A stretch of 64,000 nucleotides of DNA from Bacteroidota bacterium (GTDB lineage: Bacteria > Bacteroidota > Bacteroidia > M30B66), in the NCBI GenBank assembly GCA_027483445.1, contig JAIXUS010000005.1, forward strand, positions 140,927 through 204,926. Reading direction: 5' to 3'. The notes beneath the pieces were generated by a model. The model made no database searches and was not told the origin of the DNA. It saw nothing but the letters and a program-made list of their open reading frames with translations. Positions 19,047 through 28,533 of the stretch are shown piece by piece. The number at the start of each line of letters is the position of its first letter. Position 1 is the first letter of the stretch. The position numbers were made by a program, and so were the translations under genes.

Positions 19047-19964
19047 ATGAAGAGAATAGCTACAGTCATTAGTATGCTGATCTTCTCCTTCTTTGCAAAC
19101 GCACAGCAGGAGCTTCAGATTAGTCAGTACATGTTTAACGGACTGTTCCTTAACCCGGCGTATGCAGGCACCCACCCATATTGGAGTGGAACGCTTTTGC
19201 ACCGCAGTCAGTGGGTAGGCTTCTCCGGTAACCCTTGGTCAAATTTGATTGCCATCGATGGTCCAATTAAAAATGAGAAGATGGGTCTGGGGTTTATGAT
19301 TGTTAACGACAACATCGGACTAACTCGCGTAAACGACCTTTCAGCGGCATATTCCTACAAGATTCGTGTCACTGAAAAAAGCCAGCTCTCCTTCGGTTTG
19401 AGGGCCGGAATTAGAAACACTATGTTTAATGTTTCTGATTTGGAGAATATTGTAGATCAAGGAGACCCGCTTTACAATGCCAATGAGAGCTTGTGGATTC
19501 CAAAGTTTGATTTCGGGGCTTACTGGTATTCTGAACGTGGATATTTAGGATTATCAATTCCGAACGTATTGTCTATTGACCCTCGAAAAGCCGATAATTC
19601 AGATGCCGGTATTCGTCGTCACTTCTTCCTCAACGGTGGCTATGTTTGGGACTTAAATGCATCAGGTTCGGTGAAATTCAAGCCATCTTTCCTTGTGAAG
19701 TATGAGCCAACGTCGCCAATTTCGGCCGACATTAACGCGCACTTCCTCTTCAACGACCGCTTCTGGTTAGGAACTTCTTACCGCCACAATGCAGCTGTTG
19801 TATTCATGGCAGAGTACCAGATTACAGAAAAGTTACGTGCTGGTATCGCATATGATGCAACCACTTCAGCAATTCGCCAATATCAAAACGGATCTTTCGA
19901 AGTGATGTTGGGCTACGACTTTACCCAGAAATTGGTAAAAATCAAACACCCTCGTTACTTCTAA
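19047..19964 (+). CDS. sprF: Type IX secretion system membrane protein PorP/SprF family
   Basis: It lies immediately downstream of the type-B-CTD adhesin. The N-terminus has a signal peptide then QQELQISQYMFNGLFLNPAYAG, the characteristic PorP/SprF motif. It is a ~300 aa beta-barrel. Confidence 0.85.
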   Translation: MKRIATVISMLIFSFFANAQQELQISQYMFNGLFLNPAYAGTHPYWSGTLLHRSQWVGFSGNPWSNLIAIDGPIKNEKMGLGFMIVNDNIGLTRVNDLSAAYSYKIRVTEKSQLSFGLRAGIRNTMFNVSDLENIVDQGDPLYNANESLWIPKFDFGAYWYSERGYLGLSIPNVLSIDPRKADNSDAGIRRHFFLNGGYVWDLNASGSVKFKPSFLVKYEPTSPISADINAHFLFNDRFWLGTSYRHNAAVVFMAEYQITEKLRAGIAYDATTSAIRQYQNGSFEVMLGYDFTQKLVKIKHPRYF

Positions 19965-19987
19965 AAACCTGATCAAGCTAGCAAGTC

Positions 19988-21901
19988 ATGAAAAAGAGAT
20001 ATGTAATTGCCAGTCTAGGTGCAGCACTCATCTTTGCGGGGTGCGGAGCGCCCTACTGGACTAAAAAGGGTAACCGGGATTTTGATGCATTTGCATATGC
20101 CAATGCTGTTCCCTCTTACAAAAAGGCTTTGGATAAAAAAGCCGATTTCTACGAAGCAAAAAAGAAGCTTGCCGATAGTTACCGTTTGATGAACAATCCA
20201 TCGGCCGCTGAAGAACTGTATAAGGATGTGGTAGCAATGCCGGAGAGTGATCCTATGAATCAGTTCTTTTATGGTCAGGTTTTGATGCAAAACAAAAAGT
20301 ACGCTGAGGCAAAGAAGGCATTCGAAGAGTATGCAAAAGCTAAACCTGAAGACACCTTTGTGAAAGCCCTCATTGAGGCCGCTTCAAATCCAGGTAAGTT
20401 TGATGGAAAGCTCGACGATTGTGCGTATACACTTACTCCCATCGAAACAACAGGATTAATGAATGCACTCGGCGGAACTCCATACAATTTTGGATATGTG
20501 TTTGCCGGAGAATCAGCCATTGAAGTCGATGAGAAAGGGAAACAGCGTAACCCATACACCGGAAATTCCTTCATGGATTTGTATTTCATTAAGAAGGATA
20601 AGTCAAGTGCCAAATGGTCTGCTCCTGAAGCACTGAAAGGTGGCGTTAATGGTGAGTTTCATGATGCATTTGCTACATTTAGCGCCGACGGACAAACAGT
20701 GTACTTCACCCGCACTCAAACCGACCAGGGTAAAATGCGGCTGAACAACAGTCAAGTGTCGAACCTCGAAATTATCAAGGCTACTTTCCTTGATGGCGAG
20801 TGGACGAACCTGGAATCTTTCCCGTATAATTCTTTGGAGTTTTCAAACGGTCATCCTGCGCTAAGCGCGGATGGCAAAACGCTCTATTTTAGCTCAGATC
20901 GTCCTGGTGGCTATGGCAGCACCGATTTGTACAGCTGCAAATGGAACGGTACTTCATGGGATGCTCCTGTAAATCTTGGTCCTACAATCAATACACCCGG
21001 ACGTGAAGTGATGCCTCATGTAGGCTTTGATGAGAAATTGTACTTCTCTTCTGACGGACATGCAGGTTTAGGTGGTTTGGATATCTTCAGTGCTACCAAG
21101 AACGGTTCTAGCTGGTCTGTGCCTACGAACCTCAAGTCGCCTGTGAACTCTTCGCGCGATGATTTCTCTTTCGTTCTCGACAACGAAGGGAAAATTGGAA
21201 ACCTCACCTCCTCACGCGGCGGTACCGATAAACTCTATGAGGTAATCTACAAGGATGTTATCGTTCCTGTAGAAGTTTGTTTGGTTGATAAAATCACGCG
21301 CAAGCCAGCCAGTGGTTTGATGGTTTATGCCGAAAACAAAGACACCGGTGAGATTGATAGTACTTCCGCAGGTTCTGATGGCAAAGCTACTTTCAGACTT
21401 AAAGGTGAATATGACTTTGTGATTAAGGCTCGAAGCGCTACCGTTCTTACCAACAGTATCGACATCACCACAAAAGGCAAAAGCTGCGCTACTGTTGTAA
21501 AAACCTGTGATGATGGAAAAATTCTTGAGGTTGAAGCTCCTGATTATGCTAAAGAGTACGACATCAACGACATTTACTACGATTACAACAAGTGGAATAT
21601 TCGCCCAGATGCCGCGAAGCAACTGGATAAGCTTGTAAAATTGTTGCAGGATAACCCAAGCTTCAAAATTGAGTTGGGGTCGCATACCGACTGTCGTGGT
21701 TCTGAAGAGTACAACCAGAAGCTTTCTGAAAACCGCGCCAAGGCCGTAGTGAAGTACTGTACCTTACGCGATATCGACCCAAGCCGCTTGACCTACAAAG
21801 GCTATGGTGAAACTGTTCGCCGTTCTTCCTGTGTTTGTGAATCATGCAGCGAAGCAGAATGGCAACAAGACAGACGCACTGTGTTTAAGCTGATTAAGTA
21901 A
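19988..21901 (+). CDS. OmpA family protein with N-terminal TPR and PD40/TolB-like beta-propeller repeats
   Basis: The C-terminal OmpA peptidoglycan-binding domain (NIRPDAAKQLDKLVKLL...ELGSHTDCRGSEEYNQKLSENRAKAV) is present. Internal repeats resemble PD40 (YFSSDRPGGYGSTDLY). There is a lipoprotein-like N-terminus. This is the common third gene of sprB-sprF-ompA triads. Confidence 0.8.
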   Translation: MKKRYVIASLGAALIFAGCGAPYWTKKGNRDFDAFAYANAVPSYKKALDKKADFYEAKKKLADSYRLMNNPSAAEELYKDVVAMPESDPMNQFFYGQVLMQNKKYAEAKKAFEEYAKAKPEDTFVKALIEAASNPGKFDGKLDDCAYTLTPIETTGLMNALGGTPYNFGYVFAGESAIEVDEKGKQRNPYTGNSFMDLYFIKKDKSSAKWSAPEALKGGVNGEFHDAFATFSADGQTVYFTRTQTDQGKMRLNNSQVSNLEIIKATFLDGEWTNLESFPYNSLEFSNGHPALSADGKTLYFSSDRPGGYGSTDLYSCKWNGTSWDAPVNLGPTINTPGREVMPHVGFDEKLYFSSDGHAGLGGLDIFSATKNGSSWSVPTNLKSPVNSSRDDFSFVLDNEGKIGNLTSSRGGTDKLYEVIYKDVIVPVEVCLVDKITRKPASGLMVYAENKDTGEIDSTSAGSDGKATFRLKGEYDFVIKARSATVLTNSIDITTKGKSCATVVKTCDDGKILEVEAPDYAKEYDINDIYYDYNKWNIRPDAAKQLDKLVKLLQDNPSFKIELGSHTDCRGSEEYNQKLSENRAKAVVKYCTLRDIDPSRLTYKGYGETVRRSSCVCESCSEAEWQQDRRTVFKLIK

Positions 21902-21933
21902 TTAAACGTTTATAAACGTTTATAAATGTTTAA
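21902..21933. repeat. Three 10-bp-phased copies of the palindrome AAACGTTT (third copy AAATGTTT); the first two form a perfect 20-bp palindrome
   Basis: TTAAACGTTTATAAACGTTTATAAATGTTTAA sits directly after the ompA-family stop codon. The identical 21-mer recurs at 59391-59411. Confidence 0.6.
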
Positions 21934-21967
21934 AATGCCCGGCCAACGCCGGGCATTTTCTTTTTTT
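21932..21967 (+). terminator. Rho-independent terminator
   Basis: AAAATGCCCGGC-caac-GCCGGGCATTTT forms a perfect 12-bp stem, followed by CTTTTTTT. Confidence 0.85.
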
Positions 21968-21971
21968 GCCA

Positions 21972-23954
21972 ATGGCAAATCATCAAGTTTTGTTTAAGCG
22001 CCAGCTGGCTGTACAACCATTTATTCGAATTTCGATTTTAGTTTTCACTGGAATCTTAGTTCAGTCGACTTTAAATTTGGATGTATGGTTGCTTTTCTCG
22101 GGTTCATTGGGTTTGTCGCTTGTGCTGATTTACCTGATCTGGCGAAAAAGATCTTCCCGATTTACCGGAATTATTATAGGCTTGTGGTTGTCTACGGCCT
22201 CTTGCGGCGTGGTGAAACAATACATTCCTGTTAAACAGAACCCTGACTTATGGTACGGTCGGCATCCCGTGATTCTATCTGTGGGAAACGACATTCGAAA
22301 GTCAGACACCGGCTCCCGGTTTCAAGGAATTCTAAAAGCAGTTTACGTTAACCGGCAATGGCAATTCATTGAGGCTCCCGTTTGGGTTAGACTCCATAAA
22401 ATGGTACCCTTACCCGGCGATCTAATTCTTAACCGAGGTAGGCTAAAGGACTTACCACAGATAACACTTCCTCTTGAGTTTGACTTGAAAAATTGGTTAA
22501 CCAGCAATCATCTAGAGGGAATTTGGGAAGTCAAGGAAGGTGAAGCAATTAATTTGGGGGTTGAAGAGCAGTGGTCTTTCACCATTTTTGGTCGTTTGCG
22601 GAACCATCTTCTTCAAAACCTCAGAGATAACGGACTTCCTGAGCGAGCATTCGGACTTGTTTCAGCGCTGATTTTGGGAGAGCGCTCTGAAATAGAATCC
22701 GATGTTCAAGAGGCATTTCGCGTATCTGGATTGGTTCATATTCTCGCCGTATCGGGAATGCATGTGGCGCTCATTTTTGGATTGTTCACCCTTCTTGTTA
22801 AATCGTTGGGCAATGTTTGGCTCAAGGCAGTATTGTTGATTTTAGGTGTGTGGTTATACGCCGCACTTTCAGGACTCTCGCCATCTGTTACACGCGCAGC
22901 CACCTTGTATAGTTTAATTGCCATTGGTCAGGGATTAAATCGTAGCAATACCAGCAGTTTGAACAGTCTTCTTGCTGCTGCGGTACTCATGCTGCTTTTT
23001 GATTCGGGGTTTTTGTTTGACATGGGATTTCAATTGTCATTCTTAGCCGTTTTGGGTATAGTTACTTTAGGAAACCGATATGCATTCACTAGCTATAGCC
23101 GTTGGAAACGATATTTTCTTCAGGCAATGTGGATTAGTATTGTAGCCCAGCTAACCACGCTTCCGGTCATTCTTTACCATTTTGGCACTTTCCCGGTTTA
23201 CTTTCTCCCGGCCAACTTACTGGCTGTTCCATTTTCAGCCATTCTAACCTACGCCTCTATTCTGTGTCTCATGCTATCTCCTGTTCCGGTTGTAGCGCCG
23301 TTTGCATGCGATGTGTTATCGGTGTGTATTGATGGCTTTGTCGCACTGGTAAGTTTTTTTTCAAAACTCCCCTATGCCCAAATCTCCAATATAGTCCCCA
23401 CTTTTCCTCAAATGCTGCTCTTGATGGCTTTTGTTCTGATGCTTTCAGTGTTTTCAATAAGCCTCACGCGATTTATGAAATTCTCTGTCATCGCGTTGCT
23501 GTTTATGCCCGTGGCAGGTCATCTTGGAAAAGACAGACGAAGGCCTTCAAACCACTTAATTGCTGTTAAAGGACCAGAGCTGCTTGTTTTAACTACCGGA
23601 GGCCGTGCCGTATATGGTTGTGTTGAACCATCTTTGTCGGATGGCTTTTTGAAACGCAAGAAAGAGCAATTAACACCGCACAGTATAGAGATTCCCGGGC
23701 CCACTAAAGGAGAGCAAATTTTGCGTTTCAACATACAAATCGACGACTCGATTGCGACGATTTTGTGCGTGGATCCACAATCAAAAGCAAATCCGTGGAA
23801 ATTACTTCAAAGTGATAATGTTCATTTGGTTGCTTTGCTCAAGCCATCGCGAAATTTGAGGATTTGGGAGACGGCTTGCAGAAGATTCAGTATACCTGTT
23901 CATAAGGTTTGGAGTAAACAAAATCATATACTAAATTTGTCCAGGAACCACTAA
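21972..23954 (+). CDS. comEC: ComEC/Rec2 family competence membrane protein (DNA internalisation channel)
   Basis: Polytopic membrane protein with the competence-domain block VSGLVHILAVSGMHVALIFGLF. An N-terminal DUF4131-like region is present. The listed TTG at 21966 is an unlikely start; the ATG at 21972 is preferred. No obvious metallo-beta-lactamase motif is seen in the C-terminus. Confidence 0.75.
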   Translation: MANHQVLFKRQLAVQPFIRISILVFTGILVQSTLNLDVWLLFSGSLGLSLVLIYLIWRKRSSRFTGIIIGLWLSTASCGVVKQYIPVKQNPDLWYGRHPVILSVGNDIRKSDTGSRFQGILKAVYVNRQWQFIEAPVWVRLHKMVPLPGDLILNRGRLKDLPQITLPLEFDLKNWLTSNHLEGIWEVKEGEAINLGVEEQWSFTIFGRLRNHLLQNLRDNGLPERAFGLVSALILGERSEIESDVQEAFRVSGLVHILAVSGMHVALIFGLFTLLVKSLGNVWLKAVLLILGVWLYAALSGLSPSVTRAATLYSLIAIGQGLNRSNTSSLNSLLAAAVLMLLFDSGFLFDMGFQLSFLAVLGIVTLGNRYAFTSYSRWKRYFLQAMWISIVAQLTTLPVILYHFGTFPVYFLPANLLAVPFSAILTYASILCLMLSPVPVVAPFACDVLSVCIDGFVALVSFFSKLPYAQISNIVPTFPQMLLLMAFVLMLSVFSISLTRFMKFSVIALLFMPVAGHLGKDRRRPSNHLIAVKGPELLVLTTGGRAVYGCVEPSLSDGFLKRKKEQLTPHSIEIPGPTKGEQILRFNIQIDDSIATILCVDPQSKANPWKLLQSDNVHLVALLKPSRNLRIWETACRRFSIPVHKVWSKQNHILNLSRNH

Positions 23955-24140
23955 ATGAGCATGTGCAGATGGGATTATCGTGCGACAAAACGTTTTTTTT
24001 GTAATTGTACGCCTGAGTATGTCCGGTTAATTTTGAATTAACATTGAGGATAAATACCTTTCGACCATACTCATGGAGGAGAATTATTTCTTATCCTTGT
24101 GCGCTTAAACTGACATTCATATCGAGCAATTTTACAACCA

Positions 24141-26291
24141 ATGAAAAAACTCACCGTATTGCTGATTTCCGGAGCCATCACCTTTGCAGCAGGAACGGCA
24201 TCAGCGCAGAATAACTCTTCTAAAGTCCATCAGTGCGGCACAATGCACTTCATGGAAGAAGAATTCAAGCAGCATCCAGAACTCAGGGAGCAGTTTCTTC
24301 AGCATCAAAAGCAAGTTGAGGATTACAAGCGGATGCAAAGTGCGCCGTTCAGAAGCACTCAAAAGCGTATTGTTCCTGTTGTGTTCCACATTATTCACCA
24401 ATGTGGTCCGGAGAATATTTCCAGAGCTCAGATTGAAGACCAATTGAGAATTCTCAATGAAGACTTCTCGCTCACCAATCCCAACTTTGGGCAAACTCCT
24501 GAATGTCATGCTGCAGTTGCCGCAGATTGTCAGATTGAGTTCCGTTTAGCTACCAAAGATGATTTGGGGAATTGTACAGATGGTATCGTTCGGGTTGAAT
24601 CTGCGAAAACTTTTGAAGCCAATAACCAAAGTGGGGTTAAAGCCATTAGCCGTTGGTCATCTCACAAATACTTAAATGTATGGGTTGTTAATTCAATCGG
24701 TTCTATTCAAAGTGTGGGTGGTGAGGTGCTTGGATACGCGCAGTTTCCTGCTGGCGGTCTGCCATCCACCGACGGTGTTGTAATCCGCCACGACTGCATC
24801 GGATCAATTGGTACTGCTCAAACAGGAACCTTCGCTCCACGCTTTGGCCGTACAATGACTCACGAGGTTGGTCACTGGTTAGGGTTGCGCCATATTTGGG
24901 GTGATGCCGACTGTGGTTCTGACGGAATCGACGATACTCCAATTGCTGCGGCTCCTAACTATGGAATTTGCTTCGAAGATTTCCCTTACAACATTGGAGG
25001 CTGCGAAGGTGGCGACCCTAACGATAACTGCGGGGAGATGTTCATGAACTACATGGACTATTCCGATGATCAGTGCATGTCGATGTTCACCAATGGGCAG
25101 AAAGATGTGATGGATGCCACACTGGCGACTTTCCGTTTCTTCATTTCATCTGATGAAAACCTGGCTGCAACAGGAACCCGTGATGAAGATATCGCCAATG
25201 CGGTAACCTGCGTTCCGCAATCAAGTTTCTGCGACAACAGAATGATGGTTTGCGAGAATGCTACTGTTACATTTACAGATGCAAGCTATAACGCTGTTGG
25301 CTATACCCGCGAATGGAACTTTGAAGGTGGCTCTCCAGCAACAAGCTCTACTGCAAACCCTGTGGTTACTTATTCAGCTTCTGGTGTTTACGATGTATCA
25401 TTAACCACTTCAACAACAGCAGGTGCCAATACCCTCACCAAGTCGAACTACATTATCGTATCTCCAGACGCAGCTCAATTCCCAACAGGGCCTTTTGAAG
25501 AAACTTTCGCAAACTCCGCAAACTACAACAGCTTGTTCACCTCAATTAATCCTGATGGAACTGAAGCCAAATGGGAGTATGTTTCGAATGGAGGTTTTGA
25601 ATTCGGAGGTGGTGTGCGTTTGAGAAACTATTTCAATACAGCAACTGAGAAGGATTTCTTAATCACTCCATCATACAATCTGTCCTCAGTAACAAATCCA
25701 GTTCTAATGTTCCGTCTGGCCGTTGCTGAAAGAGGCGGTGAGCCTAATGATATTTTCCGTGTCTACACTTCCAACAACTGCGGTCAGTCCTGGGGAGTAC
25801 CACGCCGAACCATCAACTTCAATGAAATGAATTCTGCGGGGCAATACACCAACGAATTTGTTCCAACCGTTAAGGAGCACTACAAAACATACTTTGTTTC
25901 CTTAGCCCCAGTAGCTCAGCAAGACAATGTTCGAATTCGTTTTGAGTATGAATCTGGAACCGGCGACAGAGCGAACAATGTTTACTTAGACGACATTAAT
26001 ATTGGTAGTTCATTGGGTGAATTCGATTTAGAAGATCAAATTGGTTTGAATGTGTTCCCTAACCCCACTACCAATCAGTCACAGATAAACTTTTACTCAT
26101 ACAAGTCAGCTCAAATGAGTCTTCGTGTTTACGATGTACTCGGTAAAGAAGTAATTACAGGCTTTAACGGAAAAGTAGGAGCTGGTGATCAGTCATTCAA
26201 TATCGATATGAGTAATTTGTCATCCGGCATTTACACCATTCGTCTTGAACTTGATGGCAAGACAGCTTTCACCAAAGTTGTTCGCAATTAA
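24141..26291 (+). CDS. M43 family zinc metalloprotease with PKD-like region and T9SS type A C-terminal sorting domain (paralog of 10011..11312)
   Basis: HEVGHWLGLRHIWGD motif is present. The mature N-terminus (QCGTMHF...) resembles the paralog (HRCGDHL...). The C-terminus has LNVFPNPTTNQSQINFYS...GIYTIRLELDGKTAFTKVV. Confidence 0.8.
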   Translation: MKKLTVLLISGAITFAAGTASAQNNSSKVHQCGTMHFMEEEFKQHPELREQFLQHQKQVEDYKRMQSAPFRSTQKRIVPVVFHIIHQCGPENISRAQIEDQLRILNEDFSLTNPNFGQTPECHAAVAADCQIEFRLATKDDLGNCTDGIVRVESAKTFEANNQSGVKAISRWSSHKYLNVWVVNSIGSIQSVGGEVLGYAQFPAGGLPSTDGVVIRHDCIGSIGTAQTGTFAPRFGRTMTHEVGHWLGLRHIWGDADCGSDGIDDTPIAAAPNYGICFEDFPYNIGGCEGGDPNDNCGEMFMNYMDYSDDQCMSMFTNGQKDVMDATLATFRFFISSDENLAATGTRDEDIANAVTCVPQSSFCDNRMMVCENATVTFTDASYNAVGYTREWNFEGGSPATSSTANPVVTYSASGVYDVSLTTSTTAGANTLTKSNYIIVSPDAAQFPTGPFEETFANSANYNSLFTSINPDGTEAKWEYVSNGGFEFGGGVRLRNYFNTATEKDFLITPSYNLSSVTNPVLMFRLAVAERGGEPNDIFRVYTSNNCGQSWGVPRRTINFNEMNSAGQYTNEFVPTVKEHYKTYFVSLAPVAQQDNVRIRFEYESGTGDRANNVYLDDINIGSSLGEFDLEDQIGLNVFPNPTTNQSQINFYSYKSAQMSLRVYDVLGKEVITGFNGKVGAGDQSFNIDMSNLSSGIYTIRLELDGKTAFTKVVRN

Positions 26292-26306
26292 TTTTAACCT
26301 TTTGAA

Positions 26307-26340
26307 TTTCAAAAGCCCTGATGAAAGTCGGGGCTTTTTT
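26307..26340 (+). terminator. Rho-independent terminator after the M43 protease gene
   Basis: AAAGCCC-tgatgaaagtcg-GGGCTTT stem followed by TTTTTG. It overlaps the annotated ATG of ORF 26321, supporting a later start for that ORF. Confidence 0.6.
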
Positions 26341-26389
26341 GTTATATTTTGGCAATTTTCTTGATATTCTCCGTTTCAATAAAGCACAT

Positions 26390-27181
26390 ATGAGAAAGTT
26401 GAGTTTTCTAATAGCTATTGCTATTCTTATTCCTGTGTTATCGTTTTCGCAGGACATCATTACGTTGAGAAACGGAAAGAAAATCGAAGCGGTGGTATCT
26501 GAAGTGAATAAAAAGGATGTCACCTATCGAAAGTTCTCTAATCCTAAAGGGCCTTTATACAGGGCAGAACTGAAAGACATTGGCCGGATTAATTATGAAA
26601 GTGGGGCGGTTGATGAGTTTAATCCAATTCAAGGAGAGGCCGCTAGCCCTAAACTAAGTTCGAACACTCAAAATTCTTTTGGTGATTCTTTTGGCCGGAA
26701 CTTGATTAGCATCGATGCTATGTCGTTGTTGTTTCAAAATATCGAGATTTCTTATGAGCGATTCATAGGAACCCGAGGAAAATTAGGAATTCGTGTTCCG
26801 GTTTCGGTGAATATGAACTCCGGCGATTTCAATAATGGCTTCGCCAATGCGAGAAATGTGTTTAATTCGGGCTTTGATGTAAACTATTACCCTTTAGGGC
26901 AAGGAGTTTCGCGGATGTTTATCGGACCTTCGTTGCGGTTAGGTGCAGCCCGAACTACATACTCATACTTTGATAACGTCATTGGCGGCGAAGTTTCCAC
27001 CACAGGAAACTCAAATTACTTCGCGTTTTTACTTCGTTTTGGGTTTTTGTACACTCCGGTTGAGGAACTTAGTATTGGAACTGCCTTTGGAATTGGAACC
27101 CGCCGTTATGTAACCAATATTCCAAATCAAACGGCAGGCTCGGCTGTGAGTTTGCAGTTTAGTTTGGGTTACCGTTTCTAA
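26390..27181 (+). CDS. Hypothetical outer-membrane beta-barrel protein
   Basis: Signal peptide MRKLSFLIAIAILIPVLSFSQ. Alternating amphipathic strands, Gly/Asn-rich loops and a C-terminal aromatic (…SLGYRF) are present. No family is recognised. Confidence 0.5.
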   Translation: MRKLSFLIAIAILIPVLSFSQDIITLRNGKKIEAVVSEVNKKDVTYRKFSNPKGPLYRAELKDIGRINYESGAVDEFNPIQGEAASPKLSSNTQNSFGDSFGRNLISIDAMSLLFQNIEISYERFIGTRGKLGIRVPVSVNMNSGDFNNGFANARNVFNSGFDVNYYPLGQGVSRMFIGPSLRLGAARTTYSYFDNVIGGEVSTTGNSNYFAFLLRFGFLYTPVEELSIGTAFGIGTRRYVTNIPNQTAGSAVSLQFSLGYRF

Positions 27182-27203
27182 TTATAAACCTAGCTTCTGG
27201 AGT

Positions 27204-28529
27204 TCAGATTGTTCTTTCTGAAAACCGGATTTGGTACTTTTCCTCAAGTTCAGTAAGGATCTCGGTATACCATTCTTTCGAAATGGGAATGTGTAACCCC
27301 GGTTGCGCCACTTTCTTTTCGAGAATCATACGAACACCAATAGCCAAAGGCAGACCAACTGTTTTGGCCATGGCAGTTCTTCGGTTATCCGTTCCCTCCA
27401 CCTGAAGGTCGCTATAGCAAGTATGTTTCTTGCCGTTCGAGTCAATTGATTCGATGATATGTTGCATTACCACTAAATCCCGATCGTCGGGTTTAAGCTC
27501 CCAGCGTTTCTCCAACAAAGCCTGTAGAATTTCAGCCGGGCTGCCCCCGTGTGAATGAATCGGTTCTTCATTCAAAAGACCTAGCCATTGTAGCTTTTGC
27601 ATATTCAGCTCAGAAAACCCAGAAACCCGTTGAAGTTTAGATTCAGTGCTTTCGTTGGTTGATGGCAGAAAAGCTTCTATATAATCACGATAGGTCATCC
27701 CCGGTTTAACCGGGAATTGAACAGAATCATCTGTTAAGCCAAGCTGCAAAAGGAAGTTCCAGGCCGAACAATACCCCGAATGCCTTAAAGTACCGCGAAC
27801 AAGGGTTTCGACGTTATTGAGCCCGTAGGTTTCCTGGTAACTTAATGAATCGCGGTTCGGGTAGCCATCATAATGGGTATTGTTGATGACATGTTGCGTA
27901 GATTCGGCGAATAACCGATGATAGGGCTTAAGCTTGATTTGGCCGTTTTCAAGGTATCGTGCAGTAGATTGGCCGGCCAATACCACATTTCGAGGATTCC
28001 AGCTGAATTTGTATTTCCAGGGGTTGTCGGCCAGGCAGGCCTCAGCCACAAGTCCTCCGCAATAGGAATGAAAGGCTGTAATCTGCTCTCCATCTGATTG
28101 AAGTGCGTGAATTATCCGCATGGCCGACATGTGATCGAGGCCCGGGTCTAATCCGCACTCATTGAGAAAAATTAACCCATTTTGCTGAACATCAGCGGAT
28201 AAAGTCCGCATTTCAGGGCTCTCATAAGATGCTGTAGCCAGGTGACTTTTGTGTTCAACGCAAATTTTGGCCACCACGGGATGCATAAAGGCCGGGAGCA
28301 TGGAAACCACCAGTTGTTTTCCGGCGATAATCGAGCGGAGTACCTCAGTGTCATCAAGCTTTGCTGTATAAAGCTGTACGAAGCTATATTCCGACTTAAG
28401 TTGACGTAAGTGATCTGTGTTTAAATCGGCAATGTGCAATTCAAATCCAACTTTTCTACACCAGTCTAACAGATAGTCAATAAGGTAACCTGCCGACTTC
28501 CCCGCACCTAAAACCAAAACCGATGACAT
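27204..28529 (-). CDS. Saccharopine dehydrogenase (NADP-binding, LYS9-like) family protein
   Basis: N-terminal Rossmann motif VLVLGAGKSAG. About 440 aa with a saccharopine dehydrogenase-like C-terminal domain. Confidence 0.7.
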   Translation of the reverse strand: MSSVLVLGAGKSAGYLIDYLLDWCRKVGFELHIADLNTDHLRQLKSEYSFVQLYTAKLDDTEVLRSIIAGKQLVVSMLPAFMHPVVAKICVEHKSHLATASYESPEMRTLSADVQQNGLIFLNECGLDPGLDHMSAMRIIHALQSDGEQITAFHSYCGGLVAEACLADNPWKYKFSWNPRNVVLAGQSTARYLENGQIKLKPYHRLFAESTQHVINNTHYDGYPNRDSLSYQETYGLNNVETLVRGTLRHSGYCSAWNFLLQLGLTDDSVQFPVKPGMTYRDYIEAFLPSTNESTESKLQRVSGFSELNMQKLQWLGLLNEEPIHSHGGSPAEILQALLEKRWELKPDDRDLVVMQHIIESIDSNGKKHTCYSDLQVEGTDNRRTAMAKTVGLPLAIGVRMILEKKVAQPGLHIPISKEWYTEILTELEEKYQIRFSERTI

Positions 28530-28533
28530 GCTA

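Noticed and set aside
24030-24095. 8-bp inverted repeat TGAGTATG…CATACTCA spaced ~50 bp upstream of the second M43 protease gene
   Set aside because: It is short, the arms are far apart, and it lies in an AT-rich promoter region. It is more likely chance or a generic promoter element than a defined operator. No second copy exists in the window.
26321-26389. Annotated start of ORF 26321 (MKVGAFLLYFGNF…)
   Set aside because: The first 20 codons coincide with the terminator hairpin of the upstream M43 gene. A proper signal peptide begins at the internal Met (MRKLSF…, 26390), so the N-terminal extension is rejected.
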